Assembly (NCBI GenBank): GCA_019358935.1
Contig: JAHHIK010000017.1
Coordinates: 1 to 64,000, forward strand
Direction of reading: 5' to 3'
Length of the DNA: 64,000 nucleotides
Origin: Tolypothrix carrinoi HA7290-LM1
Lineage (GTDB): Bacteria; Cyanobacteriota; Cyanobacteriia; Cyanobacteriales; Nostocaceae
Shown here one piece after another: positions 24,049-34,776 of this stretch (position 1 is the stretch's first letter; each line of letters opens with the position of its first letter). The notes under the pieces were generated by a model that saw nothing but the letters and a program-made list of their open reading frames with translations, was not told the origin of the DNA and made no database searches. The position numbers and the translations under genes are program-made.

Positions 24049-24729
24049 ATGACTCTCATCCTCACCAATGACGACGGAATCGACGCTCCCGGAATTAAAT
24101 CGCTGCTCAAAGCTGTCAATGGTCAAGATATAATTATCGCCGCTCCCAAACACCATCAATCGGGTTGCGGACATCAAGTAACTACAACTCGTCCAATTCA
24201 CTTACAGCGACGTTCTGAGCGCGAATATGCGATCGCCGGCACTCCCGCCGATTGTATCAGAATAGCTTTATCACAAATTACCAAAAATGTCAAGTTTGTT
24301 TTATCGGGGATCAATGCTGGTGGAAACTTAGGAGTTGATGCGTATATTTCCGGAACTGTGGCTGCTGTCAGGGAAGCTGCGATGCACGGTATTCCCGGAA
24401 TCGCGGTTTCTCACTATCGTAAAGGCAAGCTGAATGTAGATTGGGATGTAGCGGCAAGATGGACAGAAGGCGTTTTAGCTGACTTACTTCAGCGCCCTTT
24501 AGAGCCTGGAAGTTTTTGGAATGTTAATTTACCACATTTAGTGCCGGGAGAACCAGATCCAGAAGTGGTATTTTGCCAACCTTGTACCAAACCGTTACCG
24601 ATTAATTACCGAATTGACGGCGATGATTTTTATTATGCAGGAGAATATAGCAAACGCGATCGCACTCCAGGCAGCGATGTCGATGTATGTTTTTCCGGTA
24701 AAATTGCTGTCACTCAGTTAAAAGTTTAA
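24049..24729 (+). CDS. surE: 5'/3'-nucleotidase SurE
   Basis: LTNDDG, SGCG, GTPADC, SGIN.G.N, SGTVAA. Confidence 0.95.
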   Translation: MTLILTNDDGIDAPGIKSLLKAVNGQDIIIAAPKHHQSGCGHQVTTTRPIHLQRRSEREYAIAGTPADCIRIALSQITKNVKFVLSGINAGGNLGVDAYISGTVAAVREAAMHGIPGIAVSHYRKGKLNVDWDVAARWTEGVLADLLQRPLEPGSFWNVNLPHLVPGEPDPEVVFCQPCTKPLPINYRIDGDDFYYAGEYSKRDRTPGSDVDVCFSGKIAVTQLKV

Positions 24730-24872
24730 CCTATCGGTGTAAGTCGCACTCATCTAACGGGGAAAAGCAAGTCCTAAAGAAAAATTAAATATTATCTAGT
24801 GGTCTTGACCGAAGATTGTTCACTTCCTACTTTATACTTCGGATATCCTCGTTAGATGCGAACGTTATAGCT

Positions 24873-25205
24873 TCATCCTTCAGATGTACCTTGAATCAAT
24901 GCCATCAAGCGGTCTAAGGTATGTGTCAGATGATTTAGCCTTTGCAGTGTATCATCCTGAGATTCAGCAAGGGTTTGCACTGCATCACATAATGCCAAAA
25001 TTTGATAACCCTGTTGCTGTACCTGCTTTCCCTGTTCTTCTACTTGCACGCTGATAGTATCTACTCTTTCAGCGAGACGTTCAATAGTTTCCGTGGTAGC
25101 AAGTACTGCTTCCCCTATTTGTTCAACAATGGATTCTAGGCGATTTATTTTAACTTCGACCCCTGCTGATACCATGTCTGTAACACCCCAACTTTGAGAG
25201 AGCAT
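24873..25205 (-). CDS. Coiled-coil hypothetical protein
   Basis: Heptad-rich ORF; start uncertain. Confidence 0.65.
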   Translation of the reverse strand: MLSQSWGVTDMVSAGVEVKINRLESIVEQIGEAVLATTETIERLAERVDTISVQVEEQGKQVQQQGYQILALCDAVQTLAESQDDTLQRLNHLTHTLDRLMALIQGTSEG

Positions 25206-25776
25206 AAAAGTAATCTCACTACTAATGTTTGAATAAGTTAATACAGATAGCACAATGCATTCGCTGCTATTGTCATATTATTTGCGATTTTATTCCTCGG
25301 TGCTTTTGCTGAATATATAAAGGTCTTGCTCTTTAGTTGTGATGATTGCTTTCGCATTAACTCACATTTTCATTTTGCAAACAGCGCCATCCGGCACATT
25401 ACCTAGTAAAATCTACCTTGAAGGATGGGTTTTACATCTGTGTCAGATATTTTTGAATTTATCAGCCGACCTTTTTGCAGAGCTTGACTAACGGCAGAAC
25501 GAGTGAAGTGGGAAATTTTCTCCAGTATATGCACTCATTTGGTATGAAATTCTAACATGAATACATCTTCACTTCACATTTAAAAAGATTTTTCATCCAC
25601 CATAAGTAATATTTAATTAACTTCACATTAAGTTTATCAAATATGATGATCTCAATCTGATTGATGAAGATTCAGTGAAACTACTGGGGACATGGATTTT
25701 CTTTTCCTGAAGCTAAGTCTATAGTCGAATTAAAGCTCCGTGATTTTACGTTCTTCGCTTAATATTCGGCTCGGCA

Positions 25777-26454
25777 ATGTACCAAACACCATTAAAAACC
25801 GTTTTCCAGGGTGCAACTTCACAAGTTTGGGAATTAGAACTTACCCCTCACCCATCAGTGCAGTCTAAACTTAAACGTTGTTTAGATATTTTCGGAAGCT
25901 TGATAGGACTTTTGATTTTAGCGATCGCCTTTGTGCCGATAGCACTGGCGATTAAAATCGATAGTCGCGGTCCAATTTTCTTCGCTCAAGAACGTTATGG
26001 ACTGCAAGGACGTTCATTTCGGATGCGTAAATTCCGCTCGATGGTTGTTGATGCCGAAAAATTAAAATCGTTAGTGGATAACGAAGCTAATGGACTTTTG
26101 TTTAAAAATAAAAATGACTTCCGTGTAACAAAAGTCGGGCGCTTTTTAAGAAGTACCAGCTTAGATGAACTTCCCCAGTTTTGGAATGTGCTAGTAGGCG
26201 AAATGAGTTTAGTCGGAACCCGTCCCCCTACCGCTGATGAAGTAGCTTACTACAATCAGCGTCACTGGCAACGTTTAAATGTTAAACCAGGGATGACTGG
26301 TGAATGGCAAGTTAACGGTCGTTCAAGCGTGAAAAATTTTGAGCAAGTGGTCGATTTAGACTTGCGTTATCAAGCAAATTGGCATCCGCTATATGACTTG
26401 CAGTTGATTTTGAAAACAATCTACGTCATATTTGCAAAAGTAGGAGCTTTCTAG
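25777..26454 (+). CDS. Bacterial sugar transferase (priming glycosyltransferase, HepC/WcaJ-like)
   Basis: KFRSM, DFRVTKVG, SLDELPQ, SLVGTRP, KPGMTG.WQV. Confidence 0.9.
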   Translation: MYQTPLKTVFQGATSQVWELELTPHPSVQSKLKRCLDIFGSLIGLLILAIAFVPIALAIKIDSRGPIFFAQERYGLQGRSFRMRKFRSMVVDAEKLKSLVDNEANGLLFKNKNDFRVTKVGRFLRSTSLDELPQFWNVLVGEMSLVGTRPPTADEVAYYNQRHWQRLNVKPGMTGEWQVNGRSSVKNFEQVVDLDLRYQANWHPLYDLQLILKTIYVIFAKVGAF

Positions 26455-26539
26455 ACGTTGTTCATAGGTAATTGCTAATAGATATTGGCTCATGCTGTTT
26501 AGCAATTCCCATGATTTATTTGCTGTAAATTAAAGTTGT

Positions 26540-27193
26540 TTATATTATCGAATAGCTAAGAAAAACGATGCCGATCGCCCAAAAAGCGAAGCCAGCATTG
26601 CGAATATTCTCAAGTTTTCCTATGCTGATTATATTGCCAATTTCTCTGGCACTCATGGCAACAACAAATTGAGTCAAGGTTAAACCTAGCATATAAGCAA
26701 TTTGTGAACTGATTGGTGTCTCTAAAATCGCTTGACCATAAGTGTAACCGTGAAATAAACCAGCTGTAGCCGTCAGCAGCACCAGTACCATTAGATTTGG
26801 TTGACTGGGGATCGCCAGCATAACCGCAAAAACGATTGTGAAAAAGGCGATCGCTGTTTCTGCGCCTGGTAAATTCAGATATAGTAGATGATTGATAGTT
26901 CCTAAAAGTGTTGCTAACACAAAGCCTGCTGGTATCAAAGCACCACGCACAACTACACCAGAGAGTAAGCCAATAGCAACCACACTAACCATATGATGCA
27001 AGCCGAGTACAGGATGTGCTAACCCCCCCAGAAAGCCATCAAACCAGTTAGAAATGGCTAGGTGTTGTGTCAGCGTAAATGAACTCAGCAGGCTAATTAC
27101 AAGTAGAGAAGCGATCGCGTAAACATGGCGATGCACTAACTTAGATCCAGGAAACTCGCCAGAAACACGATTTGATAACTCAGTGTGAAACAT
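26540..27193 (-). CDS. HupE/UreJ family metal transporter
   Basis: GLAHPVLGLHH and GLFHGYTYG; multi-TM. Confidence 0.85.
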   Translation of the reverse strand: MFHTELSNRVSGEFPGSKLVHRHVYAIASLLVISLLSSFTLTQHLAISNWFDGFLGGLAHPVLGLHHMVSVVAIGLLSGVVVRGALIPAGFVLATLLGTINHLLYLNLPGAETAIAFFTIVFAVMLAIPSQPNLMVLVLLTATAGLFHGYTYGQAILETPISSQIAYMLGLTLTQFVVAMSAREIGNIISIGKLENIRNAGFAFWAIGIVFLSYSII

Positions 27194-27282
27194 CGTTTAT
27201 GCCAAATAGTTTTTTTGAGGTTATTTATAGTGCCCAAATCTCAAAAAAACTAACGCATGTTTTCATCTTTTAGATCCCCTTG

Positions 27283-27317
27283 AGATCCCCGACTTCTCGC
27301 GAGAAGTCGGGGATCTT
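27283..27317. repeat. Perfect palindrome (REP-like)
   Basis: AGATCCCCGACTTCTCGCGAGAAGTCGGGGATCT. Confidence 0.75.
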
Positions 27318-27330
27318 GTGGGATCTTGTG

Positions 27331-28017
27331 CTAAAGTGCATCTGGATCGATATTCAACTCTCTGAGTTTAGCGGCTAATTTTTGCGCTTTCTCTTCTGCT
27401 GCTTGTCGTGCAGCAGCTTCTTCTTCATAAGTTAGCAGTGTTTTGCCCGTTGCTGCATCGTAAAAGCGCATATCCCCAGACTTAACTCGTAACTCTAACC
27501 CTAAAACTTCACTGGCTAGAGACACAGTACTATCTTCTAAAGTATTACTAGCAATGGGGAAATAATTGCCCTCGACTAAGCGTAAACCCTGAAGTTGAGG
27601 AGTAAGATAATCACCTGTAGGGTCATATTGGAAATATTCACGCACTCCTAAAAAAGCGTAGATTCCTTTCTTTGCACCTTGGTCTTTACTGCGGGTTGCT
27701 TTTGAGGTAATTTCTAAAACAAAATCAGGACTTTTATTATTTTCTTCCCAAGTTTTGTAAGAACGACGTTGGCGATTTTCGACACCAAAAACTACAAAGA
27801 CATCTGGGGCAACAACTGCTTCTGGATTACCTTTTTCGTAGTAAATAAATAGATTTCCAGCAACATATACATCAGAACGGCTTTGAAAAAATACTTTTAG
27901 CGCATTTATACCATAAGTTAAGTAGCTGCACTGGATATCACCTTCAGCCATTGGCTTACCGTCCTCATCCGGATATTCAATTGGAGTAACGGGGATATAC
28001 TCTATAGAGACTGTCAT
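27331..28017 (-). CDS. Uma2-family (DUF820) putative endonuclease
   Basis: YPDEDGKPMAE, APDVFV, PDFVLEITS, GVREYF.YDP. Confidence 0.9.
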   Translation of the reverse strand: MTVSIEYIPVTPIEYPDEDGKPMAEGDIQCSYLTYGINALKVFFQSRSDVYVAGNLFIYYEKGNPEAVVAPDVFVVFGVENRQRRSYKTWEENNKSPDFVLEITSKATRSKDQGAKKGIYAFLGVREYFQYDPTGDYLTPQLQGLRLVEGNYFPIASNTLEDSTVSLASEVLGLELRVKSGDMRFYDAATGKTLLTYEEEAAARQAAEEKAQKLAAKLRELNIDPDAL

Positions 28018-28085
28018 AGTAATCCGTCAAAACTACGATTAACTTGAATGTAGCAGTAATGTGCAGTGAATGGCGCTACAAACAA

Positions 28086-29417
28086 TTAATTATGTTTTAC
28101 ATGAATCGGAATCTGGATAATAAACTCTGTACCTTCAAGCGGTGCGGAAATACACTTCAACTGACCCCCATGTTTGTCAATAATTTGGTAGCTAATCGAC
28201 ATCCCTAAACCTGTACCTGAACCGACAGATTTTGTCGTAAAGAACGGGTCAAACATTTTTTGCTTTACTTCTTCTGTCATCCCACAGCCATTGTCATAAA
28301 ACCGAATCATCACTTGATTCTTGTCTACAACTTTAGTATAAATGCGAATTTGCGGTTTCTCGTTTGGTAAAAGTATGGCGTGTCCATTATCAGTTGTTTT
28401 GCTACTAACCCCAAGTGTCCTAACTGAAATCACTTTCTGACAACTGACCATTGATTCCTCTAAAGTATCAATGGCATTAGTTAGGATATGCATAAACACT
28501 TGATTAATTTGTCCGGCATAGCATTCGACTTTAGGCAAATCGCCATATTCTTTAATAACTTCGATAGCTGGAGAATTTGTTTTAGCTTTTAAACGATTTT
28601 GCAAAATTACAAGAGTACTATCAATACCTTCGTGTAGATCAACTTTCTTTATTTCCGCTTCACCTAATCGGGAGAAATTTCGCAACGATAAAACTATCTC
28701 GCGGATGCGATCGCTTCCCATTTGTATGGAAGATAAAATTTTTGGGAAGTCTGCTTTAATAAAATCAAGGTCAATTTCTTCTGCACAAGCATGAATCTCT
28801 GGTATTCTACAGGGATAATATTTTTCATAAAGTGAAATCAAATTGAACAAATCTTGCACATACTCATGTGCCGGGGCAATATTGCCATAAATAAAGTTAG
28901 CAGGATTGTTAATTTCGTGGGCAATTCCTGCAACTAACTGTCCTAAAGAAGACATTTTTTCAGTTTGAATTAGTTGAGCTTGTGTATTTGCCAGTTCCTG
29001 AAGAGCAAGTTTCAATTGGCAGTTAGCAGTTTCTAGTTGTGCTGGACTTGGCAAAGCTATTGCCTTGGGAATTACTGGTAGCAGTGCAATAGCTGTAGAC
29101 AAAGAGACTAACGCAGTAATAACTTTGATGAAAGCGGATAGCCAGTAAGTCGGATGCCAAAGCGTCCACACGTCCATTATGTGTGTTGTTCCACAAGAGA
29201 CGATAAAAGCTCCAAATAATAGAATTATCCATTTGAAGGGTAAATCCTCTCGCTTTTTGACAAAGTAGACAAGGATAACCGGGATAGAGTAATAGACTAG
29301 GGCAATCAAAGAATCTGATGCGATATGTATCCACACTAACCAAGGTTTCCAGAGGTAACAATGTCCATGTGGAATGAATGAGCCATCACTAAAAAAGCTT
29401 TGCAAAAATTGCAGCAT
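28086..29417 (-). CDS. Histidine kinase with N-terminal ethylene-binding-type membrane domain
   Basis: SDSLIALVYYSIP...FGAFIVSCGTTH; EKMSSLGQLVAGIAHEINNP; DNGCG, FFTTK, GTGLG. Confidence 0.85.
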   Translation of the reverse strand: MLQFLQSFFSDGSFIPHGHCYLWKPWLVWIHIASDSLIALVYYSIPVILVYFVKKREDLPFKWIILLFGAFIVSCGTTHIMDVWTLWHPTYWLSAFIKVITALVSLSTAIALLPVIPKAIALPSPAQLETANCQLKLALQELANTQAQLIQTEKMSSLGQLVAGIAHEINNPANFIYGNIAPAHEYVQDLFNLISLYEKYYPCRIPEIHACAEEIDLDFIKADFPKILSSIQMGSDRIREIVLSLRNFSRLGEAEIKKVDLHEGIDSTLVILQNRLKAKTNSPAIEVIKEYGDLPKVECYAGQINQVFMHILTNAIDTLEESMVSCQKVISVRTLGVSSKTTDNGHAILLPNEKPQIRIYTKVVDKNQVMIRFYDNGCGMTEEVKQKMFDPFFTTKSVGSGTGLGMSISYQIIDKHGGQLKCISAPLEGTEFIIQIPIHVKHN

Positions 29418-29527
29418 CTGAGAAAATACTTAGTATAATTTTTTTTACGTCATGCTGACAAATTATACGCGCTGCAATGATAATTGTCCCTAGTGGAAAT
29501 TATTGACAGTAGCAATATTATAAAAAC

Positions 29528-31279
29528 TTAATGCAATAATTCTTCTACTTGATGCTGACTCCATAAATTTCTGTAAAGCCCCGGTTGCTGTACAAGTTCT
29601 AAATGATTGCCTGTCTGGACAATTTTACCTTTATCCATCACAATAATGCGATCGGCAACAGCAGCGGCAGATAATTGATGAGTGATAAAAACAACAGTTT
29701 TACGTTGCGTACCACCAGAGAGATTTTTTAAGATTTGTGTAGCTGTTTGATTATCAACGCTGGAGAGGGCATCATCCAAAACTAACACTGGGGCATCAAC
29801 TAACATTGCTCTAGCTAAAGCTGTGCGTTGTCGCTGACCGCCAGAAAGAGTAATACCACGTTCTCCAACCAAAGTCTCGTATTGTTGCGGAAAATTAATA
29901 ATTTCTGGGTGAATTTGTGCTAAATGAGCGGCTGATTCTACATCTTGTTGTTCGCTGAAAGGATCGCCGTAGCGGATATTATTTTTGATGGTGGTACTAA
30001 ATAGAAAGCTATCTTGAGGAACGTAGGCGATCGCATTTCTTAAATCTGCCAACTCTATTTGGGTGATGTCTTTACCATCCAAAAATAACTGCCCTGATTC
30101 AATATCTAACAAACGTGGCAAAGCATTCGCCAAAGTTGATTTACCCGAACCGATCGCACCGACAATTGACACAGTTTCCCCAGGAGTAATCGTAAAGTTA
30201 ACTTTATCTAAAGCTGGGGTGGTCGCACCCGGATAAGTGAAACTGAGGTTTTTCGCAGACAGTTCCCCTTTAATTGTGTCTAAAGGTAGATGTATAGCGG
30301 TGCTTGTGTCTTCAATTTGTGGTGTGACAGAAAGAATCGCCTGAATGCGATCGATACTAACTTCACCGCGTTGATAAGCAGTAATTGTAAATCCTAACAA
30401 AGCGGTGGGGAAAACTAAACGCTCTACATAAAGCAACAGTGCGACAAAATCGCCCACACCGAGGTTTCCCGAAGCGATTCGCGTTGCCCCCAACCAGATA
30501 ATAATTAGCGAACTGAGACTAGCGAGTCCGCCAATTAGGGGGAATAATCGATTTCGGGTGTTCGCTAATTGCAGGTTAGCCTCAAATAAATTCTTATTTT
30601 TTTCCAAGAAAGCGCGACGCTCGTTTTCTTCTTGGGCGTAGATTTTAATTAAGGCAATACCTGATATATCCTCTTGGATGAGATCGCTGATGTCGGAAAT
30701 TTTCTCTTGAACTGTTGCTTGTTGGTTGCGTAAGCGATCGCTAAACACATGCACCAACAAAAACATCAATGGATAAACTGCCAGAGATGCTAATGTCAAA
30801 TCCACACTCAAAGACAGCATCACCGGCAGCGTCAAAGCGTAGGCAAACACAGTATTTGCCAAACTTAATACAGCAAAACCCAACAACCTGCGGATATTAT
30901 CTACATCACTAGTCGCTCTACTAATCAAATCACCAGCAGTATTCGTAGCAAAATAAGCCGGTTCTAATTTCAGTAAGTGTTCAAAAATCTGTTGTTTCAA
31001 GTCAAATTCTACCTGACGCCCCACCCCAAACAGCCAGATGCGCGAAGCCATACGCATTAACCACATCGACGTACTCAGAAAGAAGATTGGTACTACAGAA
31101 TTTAGTACTTGATTCAAGCTGAAGCTGGCTGAGAGTTTGTCAACTGCCGAACGAATTAATAAGGGGATATAAACCCCCAAACCGTTGACAATCAACAAAG
31201 CAATAATGCCTAATGTAGCCTCCCGCCAATGGGGACGCATGTAAGCACCAAGTTTAGCAAGTCGTCGTGATTGTGCCAT
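29528..31279 (-). CDS. ABC exporter, fused TMD and ATPase (MdlA-like)
   Basis: GAIGSGKS, LSGGQRQR, LVLDD; six-TM N-domain. Confidence 0.92.
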   Translation of the reverse strand: MAQSRRLAKLGAYMRPHWREATLGIIALLIVNGLGVYIPLLIRSAVDKLSASFSLNQVLNSVVPIFFLSTSMWLMRMASRIWLFGVGRQVEFDLKQQIFEHLLKLEPAYFATNTAGDLISRATSDVDNIRRLLGFAVLSLANTVFAYALTLPVMLSLSVDLTLASLAVYPLMFLLVHVFSDRLRNQQATVQEKISDISDLIQEDISGIALIKIYAQEENERRAFLEKNKNLFEANLQLANTRNRLFPLIGGLASLSSLIIIWLGATRIASGNLGVGDFVALLLYVERLVFPTALLGFTITAYQRGEVSIDRIQAILSVTPQIEDTSTAIHLPLDTIKGELSAKNLSFTYPGATTPALDKVNFTITPGETVSIVGAIGSGKSTLANALPRLLDIESGQLFLDGKDITQIELADLRNAIAYVPQDSFLFSTTIKNNIRYGDPFSEQQDVESAAHLAQIHPEIINFPQQYETLVGERGITLSGGQRQRTALARAMLVDAPVLVLDDALSSVDNQTATQILKNLSGGTQRKTVVFITHQLSAAAVADRIIVMDKGKIVQTGNHLELVQQPGLYRNLWSQHQVEELLH

Positions 31280-31287
31280 TTAAAGCG

Positions 31288-31512
31288 AATGGGTAATTGG
31301 GCATTGGGAATTGGGAATTGCTAATTGGGCAATTTGAGGAGGGGGAAAGGGAAAAGGGTAAAGGGGAAAGGGCAAGAAAGAAGAAATATTTCGATAAGAT
31401 TGCGATAAGATTGCTCCCTCATCTCCCCCTTTTCCCCTCTTCTAATCCCCTTTCCCCTTTCCCCTTTCCCCTTTTCCCCTCTTAAAATCCCCATGCCCCA
31501 TGCCCCATGCCC
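31288..31512. repeat. Nested inverted STRR block (GGGAATT, GGGGAAA/TTTCCCC, ATGCCCC)
   Basis: Heptamer arrays. Confidence 0.8.
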
Positions 31513-31649
31513 GATTTTCAATGAGAAAATAAAATGCCTCACAGCTTACCAACCCTCTTTAAGGAAAGTAAAAAGGTAAAAGAATTGCCCCATAAATTTA
31601 GGGGCTTGCATCCTTTTATTGTACATGCGTACCTTGAAACGAAGCGCCG

Positions 31650-32354
31650 TTACCTACCACGCAAGAAGAAGTAAGTCTGGTTGAGATAACTTTCCCAAAC
31701 TCGCGTTGTTAGTGACAGTGTTTCTGCATTGGGTACAAAGTCTTCTAGTCGCAATCCTCGTCTGGTGATATCCGCAGGATTTTGCAACAGGTAGGGTGGA
31801 ACTTTAATCTCCAGGTTGTTTAATGCTATGGTTGCCACACTTGTATCCACAGCAGGTAGAATGCGCGAGCCGACGACGACATCAGAAATAATTGCATCAG
31901 ATGATTGCCCCAATGCTACTAGTGTCCCAGATGTTGACGCGAGGCGGTAATTTTCGACAAGACTTGCGATGGAAGGTTCACCCACCATTGCGACAGGCGA
32001 TCTAACTAAGAAATAGGCAACAGCTGGTGTACTTGCCAATATTAAAATCGTTAACGCCCAGCCAAGCAAGTATCCGCCTGGTTTGTCTATTCCTCCACCC
32101 TTGATTCTTTGAGCTGCAAACATCATCATCAACATTGATGCTCCCAGAGGCTTGAGCGGAAATGACACCACTCTCCACAACGAAGCCACCGCCGGTTCAT
32201 TCGGGTTAACAAACGACAGCGCCAAAACGAGCAACAAAATAACTACGACCAATCGTCCGGCAAAAGTTCCTGAGGGATAAAATCTCTGGAACAAAGAATA
32301 GACGATTGTACCAACAAGCAGCCACAGAAGTACCCGGCTTAACAGTAGAAACAT
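31650..32354 (-). CDS. Membrane hypothetical protein
   Basis: Four hydrophobic segments; likely ATG at 32354 (MFLLLSRVLLW). Confidence 0.7.
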   Translation of the reverse strand: MFLLLSRVLLWLLVGTIVYSLFQRFYPSGTFAGRLVVVILLLVLALSFVNPNEPAVASLWRVVSFPLKPLGASMLMMMFAAQRIKGGGIDKPGGYLLGWALTILILASTPAVAYFLVRSPVAMVGEPSIASLVENYRLASTSGTLVALGQSSDAIISDVVVGSRILPAVDTSVATIALNNLEIKVPPYLLQNPADITRRGLRLEDFVPNAETLSLTTRVWESYLNQTYFFLRGR

Positions 32355-32886
32355 ACATTTACTCTCAAATCTTCGCTTTGCGGTGAGCGCTAGTTTGGTG
32401 AGTACACCACTGCGGAGGAAAACCTGACGCAGGTTAGTAGGCACGAACCCCTAAGGGTCAGCCTAGAGGTTTTGGGCAGTTGATTGATTTTATTGTCAAA
32501 TTGTAAGCACATTGTTACCTGACTACAAATACATCACAACGTCACTCCCCAAGAACGGGGGTGACTCCCCTCACACAAAGACTACCGTCGTAGTGATTTT
32601 AGAGCAATTTTGTGATATTGGACGCAGTATTTATAATTTTTCAGTCAAATTAAGTATGTTCGCTGAAAATTTTTGCGATTGAGAAGGATAAAGTTAAGAC
32701 TCCACCGAAGTTGTGGAGGATTTGAAGTAAAATGCTTTGCTTAATTTTTTTCTCCACAAATAAGTCTGGAGGTAAGCAAGCAGCTATGAAAGATAAAAAA
32801 GTTCATCATTCATGCTTTCTTCCAACAGTCATCTGCCATTAGTAAATTAAATTAATTAAGTGGTTGTGAAATTAAACATGAAAACT

Positions 32887-33885
32887 ATGTCGTCGGAAAA
32901 GCCCTGTATTTTGGTAACTGGGGGAGCTGGATATATTGGCTCTCATACGGTGCTTGCTTTATTGCAGGCGGGATATGAGGTGATAATACTCGATAATCTG
33001 GTATATGGGCATCGCGATCTCGTAGAAAAGGTTTTACAGGTAGAACTGATAGAGGGAGATACAGGCGATCGCCCTTTGTTAGATAACTTATTCTCTACCC
33101 GCAATATTGCCGCAGTTATGCACTTTTCTGCCTACGCCTATGTGGGAGAATCGGTTACTGACCCGGCAAAATACTACCGCAATAATGTTGTCGGTACTTT
33201 AACGCTGTTAGAAGCAATGCTGGCAGCTTCTATTAAGAAATTTGTCTTTTCTTCCACTTGTGCCACTTATGGTGTACCGGAAGTTGTCCCAATTCCCGAA
33301 GACCATCCCCAAAATCCAATTAATCCCTACGGTGCTACTAAGTTGATGGTAGAACGGATTCTTTCTGACTTTGATACGGCTTACGATTTCAAATCAGTAC
33401 GTTTCCGCTACTTTAACGCTGCTGGTGCCGATCCTCAGGGTCGCTTGGGTGAAGATCACAATCCAGAAACTCATTTAATTCCTTTGGTGTTACAGACAGC
33501 TTTAGGCAAACGCGAATTTATCTCAATTTTTGGCACTGATTATCCCACGCCTGATGGTACTTGTATTCGCGATTATATTCACGTAAACGATTTAGCAGAC
33601 GCTCATGTTTTGGGATTGAAATATCTCTTAGACGGTGGTGACAGTGAAGTTTTCAATTTAGGCAATGGTAACGGCTTCTCAGTCAAAGAAGTTATTGAAA
33701 CAGCCAAGCTTGTCACAGGACGTGAAATTCCCGTCAAAGAATGCGATCGCCGTCCTGGAGATCCACCATCACTCATCGGTAGCGGTGACAAAGCCAGAAA
33801 AATCCTAAACTGGCAACCTCAATATTCATCTTTGAAAGATATTCTCGTTCACTCCTGGCAGTGGCATCAGCAAAGGCATAAATAG
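32887..33885 (+). CDS. galE: UDP-glucose 4-epimerase
   Basis: [34 protein letters not shown]. Confidence 0.95.
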   Translation: MSSEKPCILVTGGAGYIGSHTVLALLQAGYEVIILDNLVYGHRDLVEKVLQVELIEGDTGDRPLLDNLFSTRNIAAVMHFSAYAYVGESVTDPAKYYRNNVVGTLTLLEAMLAASIKKFVFSSTCATYGVPEVVPIPEDHPQNPINPYGATKLMVERILSDFDTAYDFKSVRFRYFNAAGADPQGRLGEDHNPETHLIPLVLQTALGKREFISIFGTDYPTPDGTCIRDYIHVNDLADAHVLGLKYLLDGGDSEVFNLGNGNGFSVKEVIETAKLVTGREIPVKECDRRPGDPPSLIGSGDKARKILNWQPQYSSLKDILVHSWQWHQQRHK

Positions 33886-34030
33886 GGAATGGGGAATTGG
33901 GCATTGGGCATGGGGCATTGGGCATTGGGCATTGGGCATTGGGCATTGGGCATTGGGCATTGGGCATTGGGCATTGGTAAAATTCCTCTCCCCCTGCCCC
34001 CCCTGCCCCCCTGCCCCTTGTCCCCTCATC
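33885..34030. repeat. STRR array (GGGCATT) plus CCCCCTG units
   Basis: About 12 heptamers. Confidence 0.9.
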
Positions 34031-34625
34031 TCCTCCGTTGCAGTACGACAAATATGATGCCTCCTGCTGCAAGAGCTGATAAAGCGATCGCTATTGGTAT
34101 AAACCCGCTTTTTTTATCTTCTACGGCATCATTGACATTTTGGATATTTTGTGTTTCTGTAGCTGATGCTGAACCGGCAGCGACAGTGACTTCAAAGTTT
34201 AACTTAAACGGTCGGAAACTTTCCCCAGATGCAGGTTTGCCGCTGAGTTGTAGCAGATAAGCTCCGGGCTTGGGGAATGTAATTTCTGAACCGGGAATGC
34301 CTTTATAACGCTCGGCGGTAATGGCTTGCAAGGATGGCTCAAGCAGTGCTGGCTCTTTTGGTGAATGAGGTTCAGCGTAAACAGCCAACTGGCAATTACA
34401 CTCTTTCAAGGGGATAACCTTTCCACCTTTACGGGTGAGAGCAATCCAAACTTGGGAAGGTTCTCCAGCACGAGGATTATCGTTTGGTTGAATGTGGAGC
34501 GTACCGCCAACATCTGCCGCTGTTTTGACGTTATGAGCAGAGGCTACAAAGGCAGAAGGCAAAAGGCAGAAGGCAGAAGGTAGAAGGCAGAAGGCATAAG
34601 GCAGAAGGTAAGAAACCTTTTTCAT
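34026..34625 (-). CDS. Exported protein with His after the signal cleavage site and a C-terminal TM (putative metal-handling)
   Basis: ASA-H cleavage site, [18 protein letters not shown]; start probably MKKVSY at 34625. Confidence 0.7.
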   Translation of the reverse strand: MKKVSYLLPYAFCLLPSAFCLLPSAFVASAHNVKTAADVGGTLHIQPNDNPRAGEPSQVWIALTRKGGKVIPLKECNCQLAVYAEPHSPKEPALLEPSLQAITAERYKGIPGSEITFPKPGAYLLQLSGKPASGESFRPFKLNFEVTVAAGSASATETQNIQNVNDAVEDKKSGFIPIAIALSALAAGGIIFVVLQRRR

Positions 34626-34687
34626 ACTTGGTGGCGATTTTTTCATCGCGTCTGCCTCCCGAAACATGAGGTGCAGTCTCTTGTAAA

Positions 34688-34736
34688 ATGTTCCCAGGTT
34701 GAACCTGGGAACAAGAGCAAGGCTGAACCTGGGAAC
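34688..34736. repeat. REP-like palindromes GTTCCCAGGTTGAACCTGGGAAC
   Basis: One full and one partial copy. Confidence 0.6.
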
Positions 34737-34776
34737 GGATATGATTTACCGCGACTTGGTTGGGGTGTCGTAGGCA

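Noticed and set aside
33773..34260. ORFs with PMPNAQC/GIGHWAL repeats
   Set aside because: STRR translation, partly antisense to real genes.
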